DNA from: Bacillota bacterium
GTDB taxonomy: Bacteria > Bacteroidota > Ignavibacteria > Ignavibacteriales > SURF-24
Assembly (NCBI GenBank): GCA_050262615.1
Contig: JBLNEL010000329.1
Span: 2,651 to 66,650 of the forward strand
Length of the DNA: 64,000 nucleotides
Reading direction: 5' to 3'
Both the position numbers and the translations under genes were made by a program. Each line of letters opens with the position of its first letter. Position 1 is the first letter of the stretch. The notes under the pieces are model-generated. The model ran no database searches. It was not told the DNA's origin and saw only the letters and a list, made by a program, of their open reading frames with translations. Below are positions 36,758-45,046 of this stretch, piece after piece.

Positions 36758-37032
36758 ACATGTAAAACTTTCCTATTTAATTCAGATCCCATTCAGACAA
36801 AAAGATCATTTAGTTACAAAGTGCAGCTTTGCTGGTGAATTCTTTTATATTAAACTTCATGCCCTTTTATAATTTGATTTACTTTGCGCCTGAAAATTGA
36901 TAAATTTAGCTAAATAAGAGCACATAGATGCTTTTGCTCCAGCCGGAAACTATAATAGAATCATTATCCAATATTATTGGAACAATTAATGTAACTTATT
37001 AAAAAGTAAAATCATTCTGTATATCTTCAGGG

Positions 37033-37050
37033 AAGCTTAATATTAAGCTT
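37033..37050. promoter_or_regulatory. Perfect 18-bp palindrome AAGCTTAATATTAAGCTT
   Basis: Self-complementary over all 18 nt. It ends 24 nt before the ATG at 37075. Its function is unknown. Confidence 0.35.
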
Positions 37051-37074
37051 TAGACGTTTTACTGGAAGGAGGTC

Positions 37075-39759
37075 ATGGAGAAAGAGTTTGTCCAGGTCCT
37101 TTTAATTGAAGACAATCTGGGTGATGCTAAATTCATAAATGAAATGATAAATGAAAGCCGGGATTTTCATTTCAGGTTGGATCATGCATTCAGGCTATCG
37201 AGCGGATTGGAGTTTATACAAAAGAAGAAGTATGATGTTATTCTTTTGGATTTAGGTCTTCCTGACAGTTTTGGTCTGGAGACGCTCCAGGAGGTACATT
37301 CGGCAGCTGAAAGAATCCCGATTGTTATTATGACAGGCTTAGATGACGAAGAGCTTGGACTTAAGGCTGTGCAGCTAGGAGCGCAGGACTATATTGTAAA
37401 ACTTCAAATTGATACCAATCTATTAGTTCGTTCCATCCGGTATGCAATTGAGCGAAAAAAAATCTCACAGAATCTGGCAGAAAGTCAGGCAAATCTTGCA
37501 GAAGCGCAGAAACTGGCGCGAATCGGCAACTATGAAGTTTCAATAAACGGCGAATGGGTTTCCGGATCAGAGGAGGCCTACAGGATATTCGGGCGTGACC
37601 GGTCAATGCATTTGTCCAATCTGGATGAATATATAAAAAATATCATTCATCCAGAAGACCAGGAAGATGTAAAGTGCATGATAGAAAAAGTAAAAAGTGA
37701 AAAGGTTTCTGTAAGTTTTGATTTCAGGGCCATATTGCCCAATGGAGGGGTAAAATACGTACATAATATTATACGTCCGGTTATAGAAAATTCCGGAGAA
37801 ATAGTAAGATTTTTCGGAATTGTAATGGACGTTACAGAGCAAAAGCTCAGCCAGAAAGCTCTGGTAGAAAGCGAAGAGATCACGCGTGCAGTTTTTGAGC
37901 AGGCTGCCGTAGGGATTGTTCTGGTTTTACCCAACAAAAGGATATTTAATGTAAACGAAAGGTTCTGTCAGATTACGGGGTATTCGAGAGAAGAGCTTTT
38001 AAAGTTGACATTTGTTCAGATAACTCACCCTGAAGACCAGCAGAAGGATCTGGATTTTCTAGAGAAGATCTTTGAAAAAGAGATAAGTGCATTTTCGACG
38101 GAAAAAAGATATATCAGAAAAGACGGATTTTATATTTGGGTAAACCTGACTGTTTCGCCTATTTACGGTTCAAACGGGGAGCTGAAGTATTATCTTGGAG
38201 TAATTCAGGATATAACCGAGCGCAGGTGGGCAGAAGAGGCGCGACTGCAGAGTGAAGAGACGGCGCATGCTTTTATGAATGCCATAACCGATTCAGCCTT
38301 AATCACAGACCTTTCAGGGTTAATAATTTCAGCAAATGAAACCGCTGCTAAGAGGTCCGGCAGAACTTCAGACAGGTACATTGGCACCAACTACTTTGAT
38401 TATCTTCCAGAGGAGTTAGCCCATGACAGGCGAAAGCGGATAGAGCAGATCCTAATAACGCGTAAGCCAATCAGATTTGAAGATGAAAGGTCAGGCAGAA
38501 CGATAGACAATATTTTTTATCCGATCTTTGATTCCAGAGGAGAGGTAACAAGGGTTGCAATACTAGCTATAGATGTTACAGAACGTAAAGTAATTGAAAC
38601 TGCTTTGCGTGAATCCGAGCAAAGGCTCTCGACAGTCTTCAAGGAATCCCCCTCACCGATAGCAATACTCAGATTAAGAGACAATGTTTTCCTGGATGTA
38701 AATGCAGCATTTGAAAATATGACAGGCTTCAGTTCCAGTGAAATTTTAAATAAAGATATGACAAAGTTCAAGATGTTCAGCAATCAGCAGGACAGGCTAA
38801 GAATTTTTGAAATGATAAAAAATCAAGGAGAGATCCGTAACTACGAAACCAATCTGATAGTCAGAGATGGAAGGATTGTAACAGGATTACTCTCTGAGAT
38901 AAAAATTGTTGTAAATGGTGAAGAAAGTCTGGTCATTGTTGTACATGATATTACAGAACGAAAGAAAGCCTTAGAGCAGATAGAAAGATATGTTGAAGAG
39001 CTTAAAGGCAACAAAGATCTACTTGAAGAAAGTGCTCGCGAGCTTTCGATGCTTAACAGGAAGTTAAATGAGTCAAATGTCAATAAGGATAAATTCTTTT
39101 CAATTTTAGCACATGATCTGAGGAGTCCTTTTTCAGCGCTGCTTGGTTTTGCCGAGTTTTTAACGAATCATCTTGATGAGCTTTCGCAGGATGAAGTAAG
39201 GGACTTTTCGCAAAGGATCTACAGATCGCTTAACAATCTATTTAAGCTAATTGAAAACCTTCTGCAATGGTCAAGGATACAGACAGGAAGAATAGACTAC
39301 TCGCCTGCTATTTTTGATCTGCACAATCTGGCAGTTGAGATACTTGATGTTTATCATGTAAATATTACGCAGAAGGCACTGAATGTTATTAATCAGATCG
39401 CTCAGGGCACGCTGGTTTTTGCCGACAGGGATATGATTGATTCAGTAGTTGCAAATCTGCTTTCAAATGCCATAAAATTTACTCCTCATGGCGGAAGGAT
39501 AATACTTGAGGCCAGAGCTTTTGACAGTCATTATCAGGTAAGCGTTACTGATTCAGGTGTAGGAATAAGTGCAGAGAACCTGAAGCGGTTATTCAAGATA
39601 GAAGAGACGCTAACAACAGAAGGCACAGAGAAGGAAAAAGGCACAGGGCTGGGGCTGATACTCTGCAGGGAATTTATTGAAATCAATCACGGCACAATAA
39701 CTGCAGAAAGCGAGCCTGGCAAATGGAGCAGGTTTACAATTACGCTGCCCCGTGCCTGA
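37075..39759 (+). CDS. Cytoplasmic hybrid sensor: receiver + about 5 PAS/PAC modules + HisKA + HATPase_c (paralogue of 13421-14998)
   Basis: REC and kinase ends are collinear with the 532-aa paralogue (VLLIEDNLGDAKFINEM..., RSIRYAIERKK, FFSILAHDLRSP, LIENLLQWSRIQTG, GTGLGL). Repeated PAS signatures end in DITERK / DVTEQK / DVTERK. Confidence 0.9.
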   Translation: MEKEFVQVLLIEDNLGDAKFINEMINESRDFHFRLDHAFRLSSGLEFIQKKKYDVILLDLGLPDSFGLETLQEVHSAAERIPIVIMTGLDDEELGLKAVQLGAQDYIVKLQIDTNLLVRSIRYAIERKKISQNLAESQANLAEAQKLARIGNYEVSINGEWVSGSEEAYRIFGRDRSMHLSNLDEYIKNIIHPEDQEDVKCMIEKVKSEKVSVSFDFRAILPNGGVKYVHNIIRPVIENSGEIVRFFGIVMDVTEQKLSQKALVESEEITRAVFEQAAVGIVLVLPNKRIFNVNERFCQITGYSREELLKLTFVQITHPEDQQKDLDFLEKIFEKEISAFSTEKRYIRKDGFYIWVNLTVSPIYGSNGELKYYLGVIQDITERRWAEEARLQSEETAHAFMNAITDSALITDLSGLIISANETAAKRSGRTSDRYIGTNYFDYLPEELAHDRRKRIEQILITRKPIRFEDERSGRTIDNIFYPIFDSRGEVTRVAILAIDVTERKVIETALRESEQRLSTVFKESPSPIAILRLRDNVFLDVNAAFENMTGFSSSEILNKDMTKFKMFSNQQDRLRIFEMIKNQGEIRNYETNLIVRDGRIVTGLLSEIKIVVNGEESLVIVVHDITERKKALEQIERYVEELKGNKDLLEESARELSMLNRKLNESNVNKDKFFSILAHDLRSPFSALLGFAEFLTNHLDELSQDEVRDFSQRIYRSLNNLFKLIENLLQWSRIQTGRIDYSPAIFDLHNLAVEILDVYHVNITQKALNVINQIAQGTLVFADRDMIDSVVANLLSNAIKFTPHGGRIILEARAFDSHYQVSVTDSGVGISAENLKRLFKIEETLTTEGTEKEKGTGLGLILCREFIEINHGTITAESEPGKWSRFTITLPRA

Positions 39760-39828
39760 CAGGGCAATTTTTACCTAAGCACTTTTTCTCTTTTTAGTTT
39801 TATTTTTTATTTTCCCCTGTTCATAAAA

Positions 39829-41856
39829 TCATTTCTTTACTTTTTCCGACTTTAATTTTCCTATTCTTACATTCAGCAGCTGAACATTTGCTTTTGCAGA
39901 AGATTCAACAGCTTTTTGCTGGTTAAAGGAAGGGTCATCAGAATTAAATACAATATTCCTTTTTGCAGTGCCTTTTGCCCTGAGAGTTCCTTTTACGATC
40001 AATTTTGAATCATTCAGGAAATTTAGTTGTGTTCCGGGTTTAATATTTAGTGAAACATTTTCAGGCACAATAAGGTTGCTGCCAATAGCAGCATTTCCAC
40101 TTATTTCAGAATCAGAAGTAAGATTCCCCTCCCAGTAATTAAAGAAGACGCGAGCAGACATATAGTTACTTTCCTGTTTTATATCTGTTACTGCGATATG
40201 AGTAGGTGCGGGTTTTTCATTTCCAGAAGATCCATAGCTGCCTCCCCAGGATTTAGTTGAAGGCAAAGAAGCATCTGAGAATTTATTGCTTATATGTCCT
40301 TTTACCTCTTTATCAGAAAAGAAGTCTGATCTAAGACTTTGCAGGCGCGGAAAAATCTTTTTATCCTTAGGGTACCATTGCCAGTCGAGGCCTTTTGTAG
40401 TTATTTCCCAATAAGATCTTCCGCCGTCGGGCAGATACTTATAGACCCATTGTCCGCCGGACACATTTTCAAGTTTATCATCATCGAGGTAGTCATTTTC
40501 ACCTGAAAAAACGCCATTCCAGTTCTTAGGGCGTTTATAATCCCTCGGGTAGTCGTCCTTTGGCAGCGGATTGCCGTAGAAGCCGTTATAAGGGACGGCG
40601 GTTTCAAGGTCTATCAGGTTATCTGAGAAGACATTAACAAGGGGTGTTATTTCCTTAACATGCCAGATGAGCATGCCTTTATTATATCCGCCCAAGGGGT
40701 ATTCGTCGTAATTACTGGAGTTTTTATCAAATTCAGTGGCATTATGAAACTCCAGTAGAAAATATTCATCGAGTCCTGCGGAATATTTTTCCTTTATCAT
40801 AATCTTTACAATTCTTCTAAAGCCCTGTTTAATTTTATCATCTGACAATGGGTAGTTCACGTCAGAGAGTTTAACCGTATTATACTGTTTATAATTTTCC
40901 GAATTAATAGTAAGTATCTCTTCCGGGCGTATCCATCCCAAGAAAATCAGGTCGTGTGAGATCACAGGCGGGAGTCCATAGAGTGAATGCTGCGACATCA
41001 CAGTAGAGTTATGGTACATCATATCATAGCCATAGAGGAGGTTCGAGTGCCCCTCGCCTGCTTCAAGGTCAAATCCCCTGTCGGGGAATCCAATAAATCC
41101 TTTAGGAGCGCCGGCGAGTTTACCCAATATATGCATTCTTTCGTGGGCGATAGCATTTACATCTCTTTGAATACTAACAGGGCCGCGGTAATAGACCTTA
41201 TTATCGGGTCCTTTAATTTCAGTATCCCATTGGACCGTGCCGCCGTGGAGAGTATTGAATTCATTTTTATTTATTCCAGTAAAAACAAAATGAATAGCTT
41301 TTACCTCATCGAAGGCATTTTTATTATCCTTATAGATCTGTTCAGCAGCCTGTCCAGTCATTTCCAGCCAGTTATTCCAGATGACGTCATCGGCCGATTT
41401 AGCTTTATCGATCCACGTCTGCAAATTATCCTTAGTAGTGTAGACTTTATTATCACTTCGTTTAAGGAAGTCAAACTGAATATCATATCTTCGGCCCGAG
41501 TAGACGCTGAAGAAGTGGTTTAGTGCCGGTTTATACCACAGATCTACAGGTATAGAGCCGCCGTGGGAATTAATATAGTCAGTAAGAAGAGTTCCATCGG
41601 GAAAGGCTCCCGGAAGAGGAAACTTTTCATCCTTATTTTTCAGTACCGGATAAGACTGATCGCGGTCGGGGAAGCCCATAATAATTACAAGTTCCCTGCT
41701 TTTTCCTACAAGGCTAATAGTTTTTTCGATTGTTTTAGACAGCGCTTTCTTTGATTTTTTAGTCTGCTGCGGGAACAGGCATGGACTAGTTCCTATATTA
41801 GCGCTAAAGAAAAGAAAGGCCAACAGAATTAAATATTTTCCCATTTTCATTCTCAT
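39829..41856 (-). CDS. Secreted HEXXH zinc metalloprotease (M6/InhA-like?) with a beta-helix-like C-terminus
   Basis: Signal peptide. AIAHERMHILG (HEXXH). The family assignment is tentative. Confidence 0.7.
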   Translation of the reverse strand: MRMKMGKYLILLAFLFFSANIGTSPCLFPQQTKKSKKALSKTIEKTISLVGKSRELVIIMGFPDRDQSYPVLKNKDEKFPLPGAFPDGTLLTDYINSHGGSIPVDLWYKPALNHFFSVYSGRRYDIQFDFLKRSDNKVYTTKDNLQTWIDKAKSADDVIWNNWLEMTGQAAEQIYKDNKNAFDEVKAIHFVFTGINKNEFNTLHGGTVQWDTEIKGPDNKVYYRGPVSIQRDVNAIAHERMHILGKLAGAPKGFIGFPDRGFDLEAGEGHSNLLYGYDMMYHNSTVMSQHSLYGLPPVISHDLIFLGWIRPEEILTINSENYKQYNTVKLSDVNYPLSDDKIKQGFRRIVKIMIKEKYSAGLDEYFLLEFHNATEFDKNSSNYDEYPLGGYNKGMLIWHVKEITPLVNVFSDNLIDLETAVPYNGFYGNPLPKDDYPRDYKRPKNWNGVFSGENDYLDDDKLENVSGGQWVYKYLPDGGRSYWEITTKGLDWQWYPKDKKIFPRLQSLRSDFFSDKEVKGHISNKFSDASLPSTKSWGGSYGSSGNEKPAPTHIAVTDIKQESNYMSARVFFNYWEGNLTSDSEISGNAAIGSNLIVPENVSLNIKPGTQLNFLNDSKLIVKGTLRAKGTAKRNIVFNSDDPSFNQQKAVESSAKANVQLLNVRIGKLKSEKVKK

Positions 41857-41997
41857 TAACTGGATTACTTATAATTTATTCGAATAAATCTGCCGGTGCA
41901 ACAGATTTATGAAGCAGGAACAGAAAAGAGGCATATAAAACTATTTCGATAAACATAAAAATAATTTGGATCCGGCAGAAAAATATCTTATATTTGT

Positions 41998-42013
41998 TTC
42001 GATAGATATCGAA
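41998..42013. promoter_or_regulatory. Palindrome TTCGATA-ga-TATCGAA; candidate ArsR-type operator
   Basis: Perfect 7+7 inverted repeat 41 nt upstream of the ATG at 42054. An extra half-site tttcgata lies at 41944-41951. Confidence 0.4.
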
Positions 42014-42053
42014 TTAATGTTGAAAAAAATCAAAATAAAAGAAATCAGTATAT

Positions 42054-43073
42054 ATGGAAATAAGTGAAAGCATAAGTATAATGAAAGCGCTCGGTGATTC
42101 CTCGAGGCTGCTGATAATAAATTCCCTAATGGAGAAGCCGCAGTATTTAGAAGAGATAGCCGAAAGGCTGAATCTGGCAGTATCGACAGTATCTTTTCAT
42201 ATGAAAAAGCTGGAGTCAGCAGGGCTGGTCAATAAGAAAAAGGAGCAGTATTACGCTGTTTTCCATATAAATGAAAATATATTTCATAGTACGCTTAAGG
42301 ACTTAGTCTCGTTTGATAATGCTGAAAAAGCAATGCAGGATAAGAGGATGCTTGAATACCGCAACAAGGTAATTCAGACATATTTTGAAAATGGAAAGCT
42401 TATCCGGATACCCTCTCAGCATAAAAAAAGGTTAATCATTTTAGATGAGATAATAAAGATCTTTGAAAAAGACAGGACATATCCGGAGAAGGAAGTTGAC
42501 AGTCTGTTAGAAGCAATAAATGATGATTACTGTTCAATCAGGCGGTATTTTATTGACGAAGGGATGATGAAAAGAGAGAAAGGGATATACCGGGTAAATC
42601 CTGATTACAGAGAAGCAATTGGAACAGAGGCAGTTAATTTCAGGGAAAAGAAAGCAAAGCCAAAAAAATCCATAACAGAAATTAATCTAAGCAAGGAAAT
42701 ATCGATGGATGCAATAAAAAGAAAAGAAATTATAAATAACTATAAACAGACTCCTACCCCAATGGGGGTATATCAATTAAAAAACCTGAAAAACGGAAAA
42801 ATCCTAGTAGGCAGCACATATAATCTTGATGCAAGGCGCAACAGGGAGATGATGATGCTTAAGCTGAAGGCATACACAATAAAAGAGATTCAGGAAGCCT
42901 GGGATGAGCTGGGAGAGGACGGAGTTGCATTTGAAGTATTAGACCGGCTGGAGCCGAAGAAAGATGATACAGAGAACAGAAATTACAGAAAGGATCTTGA
43001 AACACTGGAAGATCTCTGGTGTGAAAAGCTTCAGCCGTATGATGAAAAGGGATACAATAAGAGGAAATTATGA
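42054..43073 (+). CDS. Three-module protein: ArsR/SmtB wHTH + DUF2087 + GIY-YIG nuclease-like domain
   Basis: ALGDSSRLLIINSLMEKPQYLEEIAERLNLAVSTVSFHMKKLESAGLV (ArsR). LIRIPSQHKKRLIILDEIIKIFEKDRTYPEKEVDSLL...IRRYFIDEGMM (DUF2087). MGVYQLKNLKNGKILVGSTYNLDARRNR...LEDLWCEKLQPYDEKGYN (GIY-YIG). Confidence 0.8.
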   Translation: MEISESISIMKALGDSSRLLIINSLMEKPQYLEEIAERLNLAVSTVSFHMKKLESAGLVNKKKEQYYAVFHINENIFHSTLKDLVSFDNAEKAMQDKRMLEYRNKVIQTYFENGKLIRIPSQHKKRLIILDEIIKIFEKDRTYPEKEVDSLLEAINDDYCSIRRYFIDEGMMKREKGIYRVNPDYREAIGTEAVNFREKKAKPKKSITEINLSKEISMDAIKRKEIINNYKQTPTPMGVYQLKNLKNGKILVGSTYNLDARRNREMMMLKLKAYTIKEIQEAWDELGEDGVAFEVLDRLEPKKDDTENRNYRKDLETLEDLWCEKLQPYDEKGYNKRKL

Positions 43074-43175
43074 ATTATGAATTAAGAATTAAGAATACCT
43101 GCCTTCGGCAGGCAGGCCATGTCATTGGCGGGTGAGTGTAATTCTTAATTCATAATTCTTAATTCATAATTAATT
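43065..43175. repeat. GAATTAW-heptamer inverted arms flanking a GC-rich hairpin core (family member B)
   Basis: The left arm aattat-gaattat-gaattaa-gaattaa-gaat and the right arm (reverse complement aattat-gaattaa-gaattat-gaattaa-gaat) flank cctgcc-ttc-ggcagg (43098-43112) plus caggccatgtcattggcgggtgagtgta. The element fills the whole gap between two convergent stop codons, and both stops lie inside the arms. Confidence 0.85.
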
Positions 43176-44154
43176 AGTTATATCGTTTAGAGATATAGTC
43201 GAGAATATTCTTTGCGTGGTATCGTGAGGATTCGATGTTCCATTTACTTGTATTCATTCCTCCGCATACGCAGCCGGCTAAGAATATTCCTTTTTTATTG
43301 GACTCGAATGTTTCTGGATTATAAAAAGGTTCTTTTATATTGTCGCAGGAAACATCAACTCCAAGATTTGAAAGCAATTCATAATCCGGCTGGTAGCCTG
43401 TCATAGCAAGTACGAAATCATTTTCAATAGTGATCTCTCCGGCCGGGGTACATATTTCAACTTCTTTTTCGCGTATAATTTTAATTGAAGAATTAAAATA
43501 TGCTTTAATTGAACCTTCTTTAATTCTGTTTTCTATATCAGGTCTAACCCAGTATTTAACTCCCTTATCGAGTTCGGGCATCATAACAACCATTGTAACC
43601 TCGGAGCCTTTCCTGTAGGTTTCAAGTGCAGCGTCGACCGATGAATTTCCGCCTCCGACAATAATTACCTTTTGTCCGATATAAGGGTGAGGTTCTTTAA
43701 AGTAATGTTTAACTTTAGGCAATTCCTCGCCAGGAATTCCCATGAGGTTAGCTTTACAGTAAAAGCCGGTAGCCACGATTATATTATCAGTAATATATGT
43801 ATCCTTAGAAGTATTTACCCTGTAGTTATTATTTAATTGTTCGGAGTTTAGTACTGTTTCATAGTAATTTATATTCAGCTGCCAGGATTGAGCAACGCGT
43901 CTGTAATATTCGAGTGCTTCTGAACGTGTAGGTTTATAACCATGAGAAATAAATGGTACCTCGCCAATTTCCAGGCGGTCAGATGTTGAAAAGAAAGTCA
44001 TATTTACCGGATAGTTGAACAATGAATTTACCAGGCAGCCTGCTTCTATAACCAGATAATTAAGATCTCGTTTTTTAGCTTCAATTGCACAGGCAAGGCC
44101 GATCGGACCTGCGCCGATTATAATTAAATCAAAAATATTTGGCGACATTAGCAT
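43174..44154 (-). CDS. ypdA: YpdA-family FAD/NAD(P)-dependent disulfide reductase (putative bacillithiol disulfide reductase)
   Basis: DLIIIGAGPIGLACAIEAKKRDLNYLVIEAGCLVNSLFNYPVNMTFFSTSDRLEIG..., second Rossmann motif VIIVGGGNSSVDAA. Confidence 0.85.
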   Translation of the reverse strand: MLMSPNIFDLIIIGAGPIGLACAIEAKKRDLNYLVIEAGCLVNSLFNYPVNMTFFSTSDRLEIGEVPFISHGYKPTRSEALEYYRRVAQSWQLNINYYETVLNSEQLNNNYRVNTSKDTYITDNIIVATGFYCKANLMGIPGEELPKVKHYFKEPHPYIGQKVIIVGGGNSSVDAALETYRKGSEVTMVVMMPELDKGVKYWVRPDIENRIKEGSIKAYFNSSIKIIREKEVEICTPAGEITIENDFVLAMTGYQPDYELLSNLGVDVSCDNIKEPFYNPETFESNKKGIFLAGCVCGGMNTSKWNIESSRYHAKNILDYISKRYN

Positions 44155-44461
44155 TCCTGTGATTGTTCGTTTTCTGCAATAATTACATTTCCGGGATTAA
44201 TTCTTTTCTGCAATCAGACTCCTTTTTATAATTTATAAAAAAATAGTGTAAGAGAAAACAAAACAAATTTTCACACCTGATTTTAAAATAGAGTAATAGA
44301 TAAGGTCAGTCAAAGCGTTGGTGAAGAAAAATGCAAAAACAGCAGGATTTCAAATAAATTCAGGCAATAGAATTCAGGACGAGAGCAGAGTAATTAAATT
44401 TTGTGTTGACGATGTTAAAAATTATCCATAATTATATCCTATAGAGAAAGGAATCCATGAA

Positions 44462-44977
44462 ATGCTGACTTTTACATACCCATTGATCCCGAAACTAGTA
44501 TACCGTTATGCAAACATTCCACTTACGATTTTGCTAATGATGTATTTGTTTATATCGATAGTTGCATTGCGTATCAGTTCAATCAGCATATTGCCTGCTT
44601 TGATCAACATTGTTCTGATCTTTTTATTAAACAGGTTTTATTTCAGGCTTTACAGAATGTTTCCATACAAAATAGAAGTTGATGACAAGAAAATGATATG
44701 TTCAGATTTTCCCTTCAGTAAAAAGATAGTACAGATAAATTTTGAAGACATCGACAGAGTGACAGGAAGTATTTTCAGCGGGTTAAAGAACAAGCCTGTT
44801 GCAATTCATGATGGAAAGCAGAATGTAACAATTGCATTTTCGCTTCATTTAAGCAAGATAAATGATCTGCTTACAATTATTTTAAGCAAGATCAGAAAAG
44901 AAAAGAGTGATGAACTTTTAGCCACGCTCAGGCAAAGGAACTACGAGCGCAAAAGAGAGAGGGAGGAAAATTATTAA
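44462..44977 (+). CDS. Hypothetical membrane protein (2 TM plus a small soluble domain)
   Basis: Two hydrophobic helices, then a soluble region. A strong terminator follows. No recognisable motif. Confidence 0.55.
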   Translation: MLTFTYPLIPKLVYRYANIPLTILLMMYLFISIVALRISSISILPALINIVLIFLLNRFYFRLYRMFPYKIEVDDKKMICSDFPFSKKIVQINFEDIDRVTGSIFSGLKNKPVAIHDGKQNVTIAFSLHLSKINDLLTIILSKIRKEKSDELLATLRQRNYERKREREENY

Positions 44978-44982
44978 ATAAA

Positions 44983-45008
44983 AAGAGCGGCAAAACAAAG
45001 CCGCTCTT
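44983..45008. terminator. Bidirectional terminator
   Basis: aagagcggc / gccgctctt 9-bp stem with loop aaaacaaa, flanked by A- and T-rich tracts, between convergent genes. Confidence 0.75.
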
Positions 45009-45046
45009 TATGTATTAACCATTTCGTTATTACAATTTAAGAAAAA

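Noticed and set aside
40987-41523. 178-aa ORF antisense to the HEXXH protease, and similar antisense ORFs (19022-19462 in alaS, 14626-15033 in the kinase, 52554-52907, 56039-56365)
   Set aside because: Each is fully embedded in a well-supported gene on the other strand or in another frame, with no motifs and low-complexity composition.
44406-44434. TTGACG-N17-TAATTA sigma-70-like promoter upstream of the membrane protein gene
   Set aside because: In an AT-rich FCB-type genome the -10-like hexamers are frequent and the housekeeping promoter consensus may differ. I did not report it as a feature.
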